The notes below the pieces were generated by a model, which was not told where the DNA came from, did not search any database, and was given only the letters and a program-made list of their open reading frames with translations. Both the position numbers and the translations under genes were made by a program. DNA of 64,000 nt from Iphione sp. A-MEVVRFRX5. Its lineage: Eukaryota. Location of the stretch: positions 77,500,001-77,564,000 of the forward strand of contig OZ320316.1 in the NCBI GenBank assembly GCA_976226885.1, written 5' to 3'. This document shows positions 26,617 to 41,840 of the stretch, piece after piece. Each line of letters opens with the position of its first letter. Position 1 is the stretch's first letter.

Positions 26617-28359
26617 TCACTTTGATCTCTCTTGGCCAACCGGTCATCACGTACATTCCTACATAATTATCGGCAAAATATATTGTAAATGCGCAGCACC
26701 TGGCGAATCGTTGTGCGAGTGATTTGGATCTAGTGTATGCTTGGAGGGACGCACGTATTGCCTTGTGGATGGTATTTCCTCACTCAATGCATACGTACCG
26801 AGCACCTCCCGAACGAAGATGAAAGGTATTTGTTGCACGGGATGTCCTATCTATGCATGGCATAACCTAGAGATAATACATTACGACATTATAGATAGGG
26901 TTGCTTCCATTTCACCTCAGTGCTTAGTACTCTCCAGATTTACCCACATCTCCGGCCCATTCGCAATGCAAGGACATTTTCATTTAAACGCGTATGGTTC
27001 ACAAGGTACACTGCCTCAATATAGAATCTTTCATAGTGAAATACGACATGGTTCCCTGCCAATTTTCATTGTTTATAGCTTGTCCATGAATGAATCTCAG
27101 AATTGATTTTTCCCCTCGCCTTGCTTCGCAAAGTTCTTTAGAGTACCTGATTAAACAAACAAAAATATAACAGACCTGGTTTCGTTGCCCATCATCTACT
27201 TAGCGAATGAAGAATATCACGTCAACGATAGTTACCAGATATATACATGCAGTTTGATTTACTCTGTACTGGTGGCTGACATTGCGTGCTAAAAACCTCC
27301 CTGTTTATTGTTTGCTTTAGTCTGCTAGGCTATTGTAGAATTCCTGGTGTAAATTCTTGGATCCCATCCATGTCTGACAAATAAGCCAGCTAAGACTTAT
27401 TCAAACATAGTATACACAACGCTTTGATATATATCTATTTCAATGAACTAGCAACACCAATTGTGCTGAGTTAATAGTTTAATCGAAGCGCTTCTTTTCG
27501 ATATGGTGTCCAAGAAAGACATTTAGCACCCATAGTTGAGCAGAAAGACTTCATCAGTACGTTGAGAAGAACATATGCAATTGGCACATCGCCGTACTGT
27601 CACATAGCCACACCCACCCATCACAACCTGACAGTCATACTTTCACTATGGTCATGTACAATGTTCAAAATGTACTAAAAAGGTTTCTAGTCATTGTAAC
27701 AATGTACTGTACTTTCTCATATACTTTAAAAATAAATATAGATGCCTCAGCATGTTCTCAATGGATATAATGTTTATACATTTACAAAACCACATAATGA
27801 CATATGATAGTCATAATTCTAATACAGTCACACATTAGTGAAGTGACAGTGTCACTCGAATGTTGTCTGCACGGATTGGTTCACAAGTCATGTGACAAAA
27901 TAGCATAACATCATTGGCCATGGAACAGTTGGATTGACAGATATTGTGACCATTAAACATGTCCTGTCACACTGCGATGTGTCCATTGTAGTTAATACAT
28001 GTGGATCATAACAGCAGTCAGGTTGCTCTTGTTGTTATGCTTTGTTTATACCGCAATACGAGGCAGTACCCAACGGCCGTTTACAAAATTGATTTCGTAT
28101 ATGATTTGCACTAAGTCAATGCTTTAACTTTGCATGCAATACATGTAGTGGGTGGAGTAGAATGCTTCGTAGTGAACTCTGGGGTCTCACAAAACATACA
28201 AGGATAAATCAATATTTCGATATTTGGTCACAAATAAGACCCGGCAGATTACTTTGCACCTGAAACGAAGCTTACATCAAAAGAACGGAGTACACGGATA
28301 TTCTAGCCGGTTGTAAGGATTTAATTCCCCTCTGTTTGAAGAGCTGCAATATTTTGTTA

Positions 28360-28760
28360 AGATTTGATCTCAAGCCGAATCACTCTGCTACTTACAAGAA
28401 CCCTTTGATACATGCAGAACCGTTTTATGATTAGATTGCGTAGAGATAGAACTACTCTCCTAGCCCAATTGACGAAGACAAGGCTTCCAAGGATGGCTCC
28501 GTAACATTTTACTCGTTCGAGAAGCTTCAACCAAGGAACCCAAAAGGTCAATTTCGCCTTTATTATTGGCATCATCCTAAGCTGTCACGCCTGATTTGGA
28601 GCTACAGGGAAACCATTTTAGTGTCATCAATATAACTAGTGAGAGGTAATGATTTCAGTAAGTCAGCAGAGTCGCAAGGTACCTTGGCTATTGGCCATGA
28701 CCTTGTATTGAGCTACTTTTACGGTGATTGTATTTGCCTAAAAGGGTATCTCCCTTAGCC
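28360..28760 (+). mobile_element. Eroded Ty3/gypsy reverse transcriptase remnant
   Basis: FDLKP...SPSP...KDGSVTFYSFEKL...KGQFRL (cf. KKDGS.R.C.D.RKLN...K..FPLP), then after a frameshift LELQGNHFSVINITS (cf. DQLQGA..FS.IDL.S), then FTVIVF (cf. F.VMPFG). No LTRs were found. Confidence 0.4.
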
Positions 28761-31700
28761 ACGGTGTGCAGTGCACTTGCTGCAACGGCCCTTATGGTGC
28801 AGTGCTGATCAATAGAACATATATCTAGGATAAAGGCATTGCCCTTCGCTCCAGGAGGTGATAGTGCCGTATGTTCATGTTCCTATCCAAGGCCATGCAG
28901 CTTACTGATTGGTAACCTTCGTATTTTACTTACTCTCCCTTGTTTCAATTTTGAGATACTCGATTTCACTGAATGAGATCAACGTGTATTAATATATTTA
29001 TTTCACAACTATGTCTGTACAATGTCGATACAATTTTAACGCTGGAATAATTCAAGCGTTTAACACTGAGTGCCCTTCGTTTTATTGCACAGTTGAACTG
29101 GTTTTAGACTCCTGAGCCAAGTAGCTCAGAAGCTTTGATGTATGACTTTTTTGCATCTCGGCGGAACTGAGCCTCTCAATCATAATGGCAGTTTTTTCTG
29201 CACGTAGTGTTCAGGCCTGACACGATTTACATCCATCTTCCATGCAAATCACATGGTTGCCTATGATAATGAAAAGGATTTCCTATATTCATAAGGAAAT
29301 CGTGTGCTTCGCAGAATATTGTACAATTAAGTCTGCTTGTATTTTGTCCATGGTTGATCAACGATTGCTTCACTCTTCAGATGAGTTATGTAAATAAAAA
29401 TATATGTATATAGCCGCAAGGCGGTTAAGCTTGTATAAAAGGATGGCAGTGCCTGCTTCCTTTTGGTCATCAGGCAGTGTGTTTGATGTATTCCATAGGG
29501 ACTGAATGTAAAACAAGCGCCACTAATTGCTTCCTTCGATCTGTCTAACCACTGACACATACAAATACCAGTATGTTTGGAATGGCGATGTGGTATGTTT
29601 GGCCGAGACTGTTGGCCGTGCCCAAAATGGCTGCCTGTCTTTGTCTTGGCCCCACTGCCATAAGAAAACTGGCAGTGTCAGTAGCCTGGGGCTTCGTGCT
29701 TGAAGAATGGCCCGTCTAGGTGCAGGAACAAATATTTACCTGACCACGGTAGAAAATGGTATATCGAGAGACGAAGGGGACAGAGGCAACAGAGCTCTGG
29801 CTGGCCTTCGGGCCAGGCAAGAGTGACAGCGGTATTTACCAGGTCGCTATAGCATTTTATAAAACGCAGGGACACGCCATGTAGGTCATATATGTACTCA
29901 CGCCTATCAAATGTACAAAGACCTGTTCCACCATATGGCACCTGAACAAAGGGGAGGTATCCCATGTCAGATCGGTTAATCGTCGGTAGAAAACGGCGTT
30001 CCGTGTACCTGCCGTAGGCAGGATCCACAAAATTCAATGATAGCAACCAACACGTGCCATCCATCAGAATTCATCATTTGCCATGACAGTCTCTGCACAC
30101 TGGCTACTGCCTCACCCAACTGGTGCCAAGGGAATGAATCGAACAAGAGTTGCCTCTTATGGTTTGCTGTGTGGAAGCAAGTATTGATCTTTGTTGGTGG
30201 GTACGTATCACTTAGGTTGGTGCCATTGTATTTCGACCTCGGCGTGCACGGGATCTAATCCTAGTTAAAGCTCTTGACAGCCTGGAGGAAGTAACACTCT
30301 TCATCCCATGTTTGTGCAGGCATTAAGTAAAGGCGTTTTTGTCTGTCGATGTGTCCTGAAGGTGTAACTTCCAGTACCCACGTGTGGTCGAGGGATAAAG
30401 GAAAGCAGCATAGTCTAAGAGGATGTATAGTACTGACCCAAAGTTGCGAGGCTATAACTAGCCTGTTTTATACTCTCTCTGATGTAAGGGCTGTCCGTTA
30501 GATGTTCTGCGTGGTCAGCTGATAAACTTTTGCCCCGTAAAACAAGGTACCAATGCTAAAAATAGACGCTTAAGGTTGCCTTCCTCTCTGCCACAACAGA
30601 GCAAAACGTTTTGGAAAATACCTGTTATCTATTTATTGATTTTCATTTACAGGGGATATAAACTCTGGGAATGAAGATAATGTATGCATTGGATATATTG
30701 GAAGACAATATTTCGTGGTCAAAACCTCTGTTGCTTATATATAGTGTCTTTTAATGTGAACTTCCTTATAAACAAGATACATACACTATAAATTAATACG
30801 GTAAAGGAACACACTTTCTTTTCCGTTATAATGGAAAGACTGACAAGTATATTCGAGAATGGACAAATGTTTGGTAGACTGTAGGCATTTAAGAGGTTAT
30901 CTGTAGCGAATAATTTGCATTGTCAAAATATGATGTTTTTTTTCGCATGTGGCCATTGCACTATATGGCCGACGAAAATCGATTTCTCGTTAGTTAAAAA
31001 CAGCTTCACACAAAGTATGGAAGGTATCACTTACTGGAAATAACCATTTTCCCGAAGTAGGCCATTTGAAGGAAAAGATTTCCTTGTGCGTGTTTCCATT
31101 TGTTACTAGGATATATAGCATCGACAGCGCCTCTACGTTTACTTGCCAAATCCTAAATAATAGATGGAAAATGGCTCAGGTAGTATAGATCAACTGATAA
31201 CCTTGTATATTTGTACAGCCGTCTTTCTTTTGACATTAATTGTAACTTGATCTCGAGGTCTCTCTGAATTGTAAACGAAAGAAGCCAGTTGCAGTAGCGT
31301 TTCATATTACCGTTCAAATTGATAAGGACTGTTTTCCCAACCGGATGATTTTTGTTATGCACCTTTGTTATGTATGTTCCTTTATCATATATACTAGTTT
31401 GCAACGAATTTAGCCGAAACAATTATATATAAGACATATTTTATAATAGAATTCGAACGGAAAAGCCCTGAGCGAGACTGACAGTGTCGGTTTCATGCGT
31501 GCGCGTTCTTTTCATGTCCTCTTTTCTTCTTCATGTCTGGACCTCCTCGACACATCTAACATCTACACAACATGGAGTTACCATGTTAACTAAAGAGGTG
31601 AAGTGTATCAATCAACAACTACAGGCTGTCTACTGTGGTTACAGGTAGTAAACCTATGTTACTCCCGATGATCGGAAAGAGAAGCTCCGCAACAAGAAAG

Positions 31701-34700
31701 GTGACGGATGCGTTTTACTGTGTATGGGCTCCTGGATGGGAGCTTGGGAATAATCCTAGTTGATCCGTTCGCCGCCTGTTCAATGTATGACAGCATCTGT
31801 ATAAGCTGACCCATCTCATGGCAACAGAAACCTGGGTGCAGCAACAAAGGCATACAAATGCCGTTGACCTGGAAAGATGCGGCGCTGTCCTTTAACCCCA
31901 TGCCTTCAAATCTAACGTGAGTTCAGCCATTGTGTGGCTCGACGTGCAAGGGATCCAAGGGCGGCCATCCGTAACATTCAGGCGCAGATTACAACGGAGC
32001 GATCGCTATTGATCGCTGGTCGACCATCTGCTCTTTCCGACCCGATCTCGCCCAGCGGATTTCCTATAGTATCTACGGTCCATAAAGTTTGTGGTTGGTG
32101 AAAGGGCGTAGCTACAGGGTTCCCAGCTGCCGCCCGGCTCAGCCCGACCAGATGCAGGGCGCTAAGTAGGGCTTGCATGGCCGATCTCGAGGCCTTATTC
32201 AGCGCTTTCGTCCTCTCAGACCCAGCGAGGTAATCCAGCGAGTGTAGCAAGTGCCGGCCCGCCCACCTGCACCACCGAGTACCCCTTCCGTGGCACGCGG
32301 TCCTCGTATCCTGTCAAGAGGGACTAGGGCTTAAAACGACGGATGAGTCGCCAAAAAGCTCTGAGGACACTTCCTCTCCAACACGTGAAATACACACATC
32401 GTAACTGATGGTATTTTGTATTAGACCCTTCACGTTGTCTTTAGCCCAATTCCTGTTTGTGACAAAAGGGTCATATATACATGTATAACATATACATATA
32501 TACATGTATAACATACCTCGCAGCAACTTTAGACGACAATAAGGTCAATTTGGATATACTGCAGATTCAGTTGAAATAATTGAGTGTCGCAACTTCAAGC
32601 CTACAGTTTTAACTTGTTCGATACCATTATTTCACTCCGTGTCATTTTGAGTCACAGCTGTCATAATTCTATCTTATTCCCGAGCGCTCCCTTACTGGGA
32701 ACCATTGTCTTGGCTTGAAGCAATCTAGTCAGCATAACACGGGCCTCAATTAGTGAGGCGGCCATGCCCCACATCAAAGTCCACCACAGACAGTGACGTC
32801 GTGGAGTGGTTGATCATTTGATTGTCGTCTGCTTGGGCGAGAGATGGTCGCCACTGACCTCATTAAAAGCGTACTGCCGAGCTGCCCGCCAGGTTAACTC
32901 AAGGCGTTCTTACAGTATGCACCCTAACGTGAGCCGAATAAACTAACACCATCGATATCAATCATCGCTAAGATTAGGTAACCGGCTATTCTTCCCGATC
33001 CATCAAAGATGCGCTTGCACCGCAACCGACACCGTTTTTATTCTATAAGACGGATAGTTGTCAATGCGTTTTGTCTCGTTAAAGAGGAGGATACAGGCGC
33101 TCTCTACTGTTGTAACACGTTGGACATATTTCGTGGCAAAGCTGGTAGACGAACATTATTTATATCATAATTGAGAAAGTGAAAAAAGGTTGCTGGTAAG
33201 AGGTTAGAGGTCTTTATATATTATAGCTTTTGTAACAGTCCCTGGTTTGCCTCATTTGCAATGATTGGCCTTTTTTTTATAATTGACGAATTTCAATTCA
33301 TAGATGAAATCTTTTTCAGTAAACAATGTTCAATAGTAGCAGCTACAGACAATTTCGTTGAACAAAAACAGGCTATGCAGGGATTTTTCTACCTTCTTCT
33401 TAACGAATAGAAAGAATATCACACCACTGAGGGTAATTGTTCCCTTATTATCGAGGTGCAGGGTATGTGATCATGCGGTTCTATTTAATTAGTTTGTAGC
33501 CATGGCCTTTTTGTTACTTATACTGCTGTACTCAAGTGTAGAATAAGCAGCCTATACACCTCAGAGATACCCAATGTGTAGTACTATACCGGGAACTGCA
33601 CTCGCTTTTATGAGCGCTTGTTTCACTTGAGGCATGCCGTGCAGGGGACAGGCTGGCGAGAGGATTTGGTCAATTATTCTAGAATATCTTGATGTGTAGG
33701 ATGCGTGCAACGGCCGTCTTCCATTGGCTCGTAGATCCGGGGATTAGGACCCATTTCAGCGCGCATCAGTTATATGGGAAGGTTCTTTAATCAGAATCAG
33801 GGCAACAGACATAGGCAGGCACGATGCGGCCGAGAGCGATGATGTGCGGCTATGATTGAGTCGATGGTTGGCCGGAGCGGCTCAGTGGGCGAGCAGATCA
33901 AAGCGTTGCACCCAGTAGCTCGTCTATCTGGCCTTATCAACGGAGGAGATACCATCCAATGGCCACATCGGGAGGGGAGGTGCTTCCAAGCATAGCTTCT
34001 GTCCGAGCCATAGGCAACTGACGTTAGGGCTTTTACAGAACTTCATTCCCAAATGCATTACTGTGAATTCATTTTACAAACACAATGACTTCCCGACCCC
34101 TAAATCCCGTCGGATGATGAGAGCGGCTACAAAAGAGGATAACTGCTCTTCTTTTTCGTACATGACACAATATGGTGGACTACTGGCTGTAGCTGCCAAA
34201 AAGACTCATGTTGTAACAAGGAGACAATATACAATGTTAGTAATCAATTCGAACATAAAATCGGGAGTGAGATCATGTGAATAAGCCATAGCAATGATCT
34301 ATGTCTCATCCCGAGCTTTATTCGATACGCATTTCCTTTTCTACCCCTTATCAAAATGTGGTACCCCTGATTAAATAGAAAAATACATTGCTCTTCAACA
34401 CTTTACTATAAAGCTTACTGTTATTTGGGCTAAAAAAGATTTCCTCAAATATGCTTGAAGTGGTGATTTGGTGATGATTTATAATAGATTTTTCTTTTGT
34501 TCCGAAGATGTGTTGTACATATTCTTCTTGAAATATCATGTGTACATATACACAAATTACTGAGGCCAATCCATGCTCTTAGTAACAATCTACGGTGCAG
34601 TGATCCCTTCTGAAATGACACCTCCTGATAAATAAGTCGGATACATGGGAGGAGTTGTTAGTAGTGGAATAGATTATAGTAAAATCTCCTACTAAAGTGT

Positions 34701-36668
34701 TACTCAAAAATCAATGGATTAAGCAGCTTTGTTGGTTAGGTGGTCATCAGTTATGGAGGGACCGCTGTATACCTTAGGATCTATAAATTAATCTGAGATA
34801 TTACAGCCACCCTTCATTAACCGGTAGGCATTGGATTCCCTCGTCTAAAGGACTATAATGAGCCACGCCAATTTCTATATTAGAAATAGACACCCTCAAT
34901 AATCTGGTTCCCTCATCGACTGTTGTGACCAGTGTATGACAAAAATTCAGGTTGACGAGGGGTGACTACATAAAGTTATAATAAGAAGAACAAGGGAGAC
35001 AGTATATAAGAATTGTCTAAACCTAAATTATATAAATGATAAAAGATAACTACCGTCATGTATACAACCATCACTGTCATGAAATTGAACCTATAACAAC
35101 TTATATTCTATATAATACCCGCATATATTTTGGTTCCCTCTGACTCCAATACTACAACTGTGATTGGTTTTTCTTCAAATATGAACCCATACGCCCATTG
35201 AACTATTTCCTGATAAAGGTATTCTTTAGGACACGACCTGGGATTAGTTGTTGCTTTATGATAATAGTCGAAGCTTTATTCATGTTGCCCCAATGCTGTG
35301 CTACACCTAACTACCACCTATAGCAACATTTATCATTCAACGCAATCGTTTTAATATTATCTTCAATAATATTTTACATTTATCTACGTTTCCCATTTAA
35401 TATGAATGCATTGTACATCATAAAGGTCACTAGTAGCATCCAAGTTCATTCGAATGATCTCTGGTTAACAATCCTGTCACAACGCGTTTTTTTATCTTTA
35501 TGACTAAGTCTAGAAACGCCATATTTTGATTGGTGGGAACTCGATTATGATGTCATATTTAAGCCCAAACCCATGTTTAGGTTGTTTAGAAACTTGACTT
35601 TTCAGTGTGAGTGCTAAGCACAACTGGATTTCCATTGCTTTGCCAAGAATATAAAGTGCTGACAATTTCAGCTTTTTACCTTAATGTCTTAGTTCTTGCA
35701 AATGAATCACAATTTGTGACAAATAAGACAATACTAGGACAGATTAACTGAAATGATTTTGCTGTTTAATTACTCTGATATAATCATAATCACGATCATG
35801 CTTTCAATATATATTTCCTAAATACTTATATATATGCATGGTTGAAATGGTTGCTGAGACATCATCCCTTCAAGTAGAGCAAATATTATGATGTAACTAA
35901 AATCACAAAATACAGGCAATTTACAACTATTCAAAAAAATTCAAATTAATAGTAAAGATTCATATAAGATTTTCTATTAAATCATATTCATGTAACAAAT
36001 ATGTCTTTAGCAAATTGTTTGTGGGCCATTAGAGCCCATTGTGAGCATTTACAGAGGATGATATCAAAGATTTAAAGTATCTTGTTATGGAATGTATTTG
36101 TAGGTGGGTACCTTGGTTGGTACATTTGCTCTTTCCCACATCTCAGACATTTCTTGGTATATATCTAGAGCAAATGATTGGATAGGTGGGATATATGAGT
36201 TTTACTGTATGATTTCTCTGCATAATTACTTTGTTTGCAGCTTGTTGTTTGGGATACATATTCTTTCCTGACAGCCAATCATTTTGTTCCAGAACATCTG
36301 AATAGGGCTTAATCTTTTGGAAATTTTAGTCTTGGCAGATGTGGAGGTGTTTTTGTGTTTTGCTCTGAAGAAGCCATGGTTATCTAAGCTTGTATATTTA
36401 ATACCTAGTCTTATCTTTGCAATACCTCAGTGATCTAAAATAAGAATAATAATACATTAGTTAATGGAATATGTCGATATAACAATGTATAAAGTACTAA
36501 TACTGCATAGATAAAGGTGCATTATTAGAATACAGTAAAACCTCGTCAACTGAATTTTCTCCATTCGCATCAATTGAGTCCGGATAGTTGATATTGCAGT
36601 TGGTGAATCACACACACTAGCATTTCCTGGTGGGGAAATATGTATAATAAAGTATACATTGCCATTAA

Positions 36669-37737
36669 CCCTCTAACGACCGGGAAAAATCATGTTTTAC
36701 CCTCTGGGAATAGAGGTAGGAGATTATCTGTGTTCCTAACAGGAGTATACAGATAGAATTGATATCATATCATACATCATTGAAAACCTTTGGAATTGTA
36801 CTTTGATTAAGCATCAATTTTGTTCCTATAACTTAGCTGCCATGGTATCAGGATAGCCCTGAGCATAGGCCATTTTGTCTGAAAAAAATGAGAAATTTCA
36901 ACTTCTTTATGTCAAGAAAGAGTTATAAATATTGTTTTAGAGAAAAGCAGACTCTTGGACAAATGTTCAGGAAGTGATTTGCAATCTTTTGATACCTCAT
37001 TTTTTACTCTCTATATATCAAATACATTGTATCACGATCTGCCATTTTGTATCTATCATGCAAAAAATGTAAAATCCTATGCATCAACTGCATCATTGAT
37101 ATTGCAGCAGCAGATTTTTAGTGTTACCATGGTAACAAATTGAATGATTGATACATTGTATCAATTAGATCTAAATGCTCATTAGTCAGTCTAACTCTTT
37201 ACATGTAATTTTGGTAGGAAACATAACATACCTTCAAGAGATTTGGCAAATATAATGTGTGTGCCCATTGTAAAACACAATGTAATGCATCACATCATAT
37301 AAATGCCCATTGCCAGTGGAATGCAACTGACATTTGTCAGTTGTATTCTATGTAATTCAATAAAGAAGAGGACAAACTATGAAAAAGTTGCTCAAAATCA
37401 AACATGAACTCAAATTCTATGGTATTATATAAAAATATATTGCAATTCTACTCATTACTTGAACTGGGAAAGAGTTTGCTTTCATCATAATACATATGGA
37501 TAGTGATAAAAATAGCTGTTGACTGTAATTTATGCAAATGAGGTAAGTCATGTGATCAGTTTTAAAGGCTTTCCTCTTAAAACAGTGCATTTTTTCATAA
37601 AACCTAAGAACAACACCATATTTTTGTCTTATTTTGACAGAAATACAGAGAATATCCTTAAAATGCATGTTTTTAAATTATCACAAAGTTGCATCGGACA
37701 AAACTGTCCGATTTTACCATTGTTGGTCGTTAAAGGG
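36669..37737. mobile_element. Non-autonomous piggyBac-type element (MITE), 1069 bp
   Basis: TTAA on both sides (36665-68 and 37738-41). Termini CCCTCTAACGACC and GGTCGTTAAAGGG form a 13-bp TIR with one mismatch. A CCY start plus TTAA duplication is the piggyBac signature. The interior is AT-rich with no transposase. Confidence 0.85.
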
Positions 37738-39942
37738 TTAAGTGGTGAGCAAACAGGGGGGTTCGCACATGCCAAAATATCAAAGATACCTTCCCTAACC
37801 AAGTTGACATCATGTGGCCCATTAAAAATGACACTTATAGTAGAGACTTTCAAGCTTTAGAAGAAATCTGGCTATGGATAATGAATATCTGGTTAAACAG
37901 TACATATATTCAATAAAATAGATTCGTTCCTTTTAGTTAAGGCTGGTTGACATGCTTTTCCAGTTATCGAGTGTCCAGTTGAGGGGTGCAACTCATGCAA
38001 TTCTGTTCTATTCCATTTCATGAGAACCAGTGCTGCAAATAACATTTCTATTGAAGGTTAGAGATATTGTAGTTTATATAAAGATATGTACACATGTATG
38101 GAGATAAAAATAAGTTGAAATATCATACCACAGATTTGAGCAAAATGTGTGACAAATAGCAATTTTCAGTATTCTAGGACAGTATCAATATGCATTTGCA
38201 AGAACCAAGCCATCGATGTAGAGAGCTGAAATTTTCAGCTTTTATTTCCATGGCAAAAGAAATGGGAATTCAGTTGTTCTTAGCTCTCTGATAAAAAAGG
38301 CAAATTTCTGAACACCATACTAATGTTGTAGCAATTTCTGAATCAATAACCCTTCTACAGTTGAATAAGCTTTCTCTGATTCTAATAACTATCCCTCTTA
38401 ATTATCTTGACCTCTTAAAACATCAACTTAAAACAACATTGAGAAGATCAATGTCTAAAAATATTCAGTTTCTGAATGGATTTTCCGATTACTAAGTGAA
38501 TATTCCTTCAATGAAAATGGTAGTATGGCAGGTTTCACATGTATTCGTTGAGGTGGTAAACACGACATTGCATTGTTTACACCCCCACTATGGTGAGTAA
38601 ATGATATATAATACCAAATTTCTTTTCGTTTTTAGAACTTCATTTTCCACTGGAACATTAAAATACAACATGTACATTTGCACAGTATCTTCTGATTATG
38701 GATAGCAGTACGAGCAAAACGAGCAAAACATGTTATGATTAGATGAATGATTTTAAAGTACAGATTATTTACAAGTGTGTTGTGTGTGAGATAGTTGAGA
38801 GGGACTGATGGTGATGAGATTATGCTACTTTTTTTCTGGCATTTATATCTCTATATTAAATTTCTTGTCGTTCATAATGTTCATCTGAATACTAGTCATT
38901 GATAGCGGCATTGCCCCATATCCAAGGCCAATATGTGAGGCTCTAGGAACAGTTTTGTGTCAGGCACTGGTGCATTATTTACTCAGACAAATTGGTATTG
39001 AAGTGTATCTGGCCTTTTCAGTCATTACAATCATTCATGGTGCTTCTTGATACTTGAGAGCGGCATCTGCCCCATCTCGGCTAACAAGGAAATGACATTT
39101 GAAAATATGTCTTCCTGCAATGCTTTTCGATGGGGTAACACATGCTGATTGTAGAAACACAAACAGATCCAGCAGCATTTCTAATACAGCCATGTGAATA
39201 CCCCTGTTAAAATCCTATAGGGCGGTTATTAGTGCTTTGTTATCCATTATGCCAAACGGATGCATGTGGAACCAGCCTATCTGGATAAACCCCTTCACAG
39301 AATGAAATATAGTAAAACGAGCCCTGTTTGGCTATCAAGGTCCGACTGTATACATTGTGTAACATGAAAAATTACATCATTGCAATGTTCTATTCCATGT
39401 TTCCGTAACATCATACTCTAATATTTTTCTCATTACGAAGAGATAGATGTTTATGAAAATTGTTTGTATTGTAGAGGTGGTCTGGTTAGAGAGGGGGTCG
39501 CTGTGTAAGGGGACACTGTATTCTTTTACATAACCAAGTTCTTAAATTCTTAAATTTTATTCTAAGGTTATGTAAATTTATTATATTGTCAATGTGTAAA
39601 GTGGTTTGGCAAATAATATACACACACGACGAAATGCTTAGAAATTCACAGATTGTGTCTGACTGGATCAACTCTGAATGGCTAGCTGGTATTTTAAAGC
39701 AATAACAGTCAATAATGCTTAATTTAAATCGTTTATGATGTATAAGAGAACTGGCCAAGTTCACAGTCTATACTTCAACGGAAAAAAGAGGTAACATGCC
39801 CAATTTACATTAGTGCCCTCTGGTAGTTTCTTTGAGATGCCAAATTCTGCCTTTAAGTCAGTTTACAGTAGCCCCACGGAACTTACATTTTTGACAGTGG
39901 TAAAGAAGTCCTTTATGAGAGGCTGCAACTCCTATGGGTGGT

Positions 39943-41330
39943 CTAGACATTATGGAGAAGCCCTCTGAGGAAATGGACACTGATGACATCCCTCTGATCC
40001 TTGTGAAAACTCACTAGTACATTAATGGATCTTGTGACATCTTTGAATGTAGTAGGAGGTAGGATCACATCTTCAGTGTCATCCTTTGTCCCCTCAGGTT
40101 CAGTAACCTCAGTCTCTGACACCAGGGATAGAATAGCTTTAGTCGACAACTCCCCTGGGGTTTCTGCCCCTTAATCAGCCTCAGCATACTCTTGAGCTGT
40201 CATCATGGTGCCATCTTCATCAGGAGGCAGAGACTGGAGAAGAGCTTGGTGTTCTGAGAGGGAATGTCATCTTCCTTCCAGTTGTCCTCGTCTCTGCTTG
40301 TTGTCTCCGGAAGGATGTCCGCATGTCTCCAAAACCTCTTGATGGTTAGGGACGACACAGATCCCCAACTTCATTTGAAGCCATGTCCAACAGTTGAATA
40401 TGAAATGTTGCGTTTGGGGGTAGATACATGATGGTTACGTTGCTGCATTTTCCTGAAGATCTATAACTTCTGCATTATCACACAGGAGAATGTATTGTAT
40501 TGCTCTGGCTCAATTGATCATCATTTCAAAACAATCTTCCCACAACAGGGAGGTCATCCAGGGTTTCAAGATGTCTATATAGTGGGCATACATGTTAGGA
40601 TCAAACATTTTCACAAAACATCTTGGATGTGCAGCTTTGGTGATGATGAATTGTCTAAACTTGTCAGAACCTGTGGCATTACAACACAAGGCAGCAGTAA
40701 TATGATCCTTGTTACATTTTTCTCCCTTGACTGGAGCAGTGGAAAGGGTAGATGTGGGCTTGAGTTTGCACAATAATAATCCTGTCTTGTCCACGTAATA
40801 GACATCCTCTAGGTTGTACCCCTCTAATGCATCTCCGAGTGCAGAACAGCCATCAGACACCAGTAATGGGTGAACAGAAGCTAGTTTGCTATGTTTCTTG
40901 TATGGTTGATATTTGCCTGTATGCTTGATGTGGTTCCTTTCTTTAGACCTGTCGAGAGACCGCTGACTGTATGAGAACTACTGGACTTCAAAAGTTTATC
41001 ATCAAGCTGCTTGGCCTTTTCAACTACCATATCATTGCTTATAGTCGCCCCTCTGTTACATACATCACTGGACCATATCAGGAGTGCATGCTCAAGCTTG
41101 GACATGGGATATCTTGCACAGCATAAATTCCGCTCTTTCAACGATGACAACGGATGGGACAATTTCTTGAGGATGTCTGAAGTTGTTCTTTGATAAAGAA
41201 AACCCCCGTTTATATGAAAATGTCTTGGTCAGAGTAAGCTGTAAACAGGTTGCATATGCAGCCTTGTAAAGGCAGAGTTCCTTCGTCTGAGCCTCGTACT
41301 TGTTGACATTTGCTAGATGGTTGAGACATC
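39943..41330 (-). pseudogene. Degraded Tigger/pogo-family (CENP-B-like HTH + DDE_1) transposase
   Basis: Collinear minus-strand motifs across frameshifts and stops: TKELCLYK and TTSDILK (HTH1); YPMSKLEHALLIW...GATISNDMVVEKAKQL (HTH_Tnp_Tc5); SYSQRSLDRSKERNHIK (cf. SNGWLDRFKKRH); LEGYNLEDVYYVDKTGL (first D); KDHITAALCCNATGSDKF...IITKAAHPRCF; PWMTS; ILLCDNA (second D); HIQLLD (third D); LTIKRFWRHADILP; acidic tail with PPTTFKDV. Confidence 0.9.
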
Positions 41331-41840
41331 TCAGATGATTCATGTGTGAATGTTGCAGATCACTCTCGTAGTCCAGCTCTGATCATCGCATGGATGTTCC
41401 AGTGACCCAACGTATTCCTAATAACCAAAAGATGCAAGAAGACATTTAACACCTCATCCTTCCTGTGAGGCCCGAGCATTCAATTATCCCTTTGTTAATA
41501 ACACACAGGAAGTCCCTCAACCACCACCCAGCCATCTTTGTTGTCTTTACACTATGAAGTCATGGCCCAATAGCCCTAATGCCTACTGAATCAAACAGAA
41601 ATACCCCTCTGGTTGAAGGCCTGCACTTCACACGTAGGTGATATTGGCCGTGGTGTTGCCCCCGCTTCCTTCGCTATCCGTTCAGTGAGCAGTCTGGATA
41701 AAATGGCATTAGTTATACTCAAAATTACCTCCATAATTCGAATTTTAATGTCCTGTTATGGATAACGAACTTCGGATATTTCCGTTCCCATAGGGTTAAA
41801 TCAGTTCTTACATTTCTCTGGTTGTCAGGACTCAGGATGC

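Noticed and set aside
34598-34768. Small MITE-like element
   Set aside because: Only 9/13 TIR match and the left TA duplication is missing.
36560-38650. hAT-like transposase echoes (HLNE, IGKS, LHRWL) on the minus strand
   Set aside because: The motifs are scattered over different frames with many stops and cannot be distinguished from chance without a profile search.
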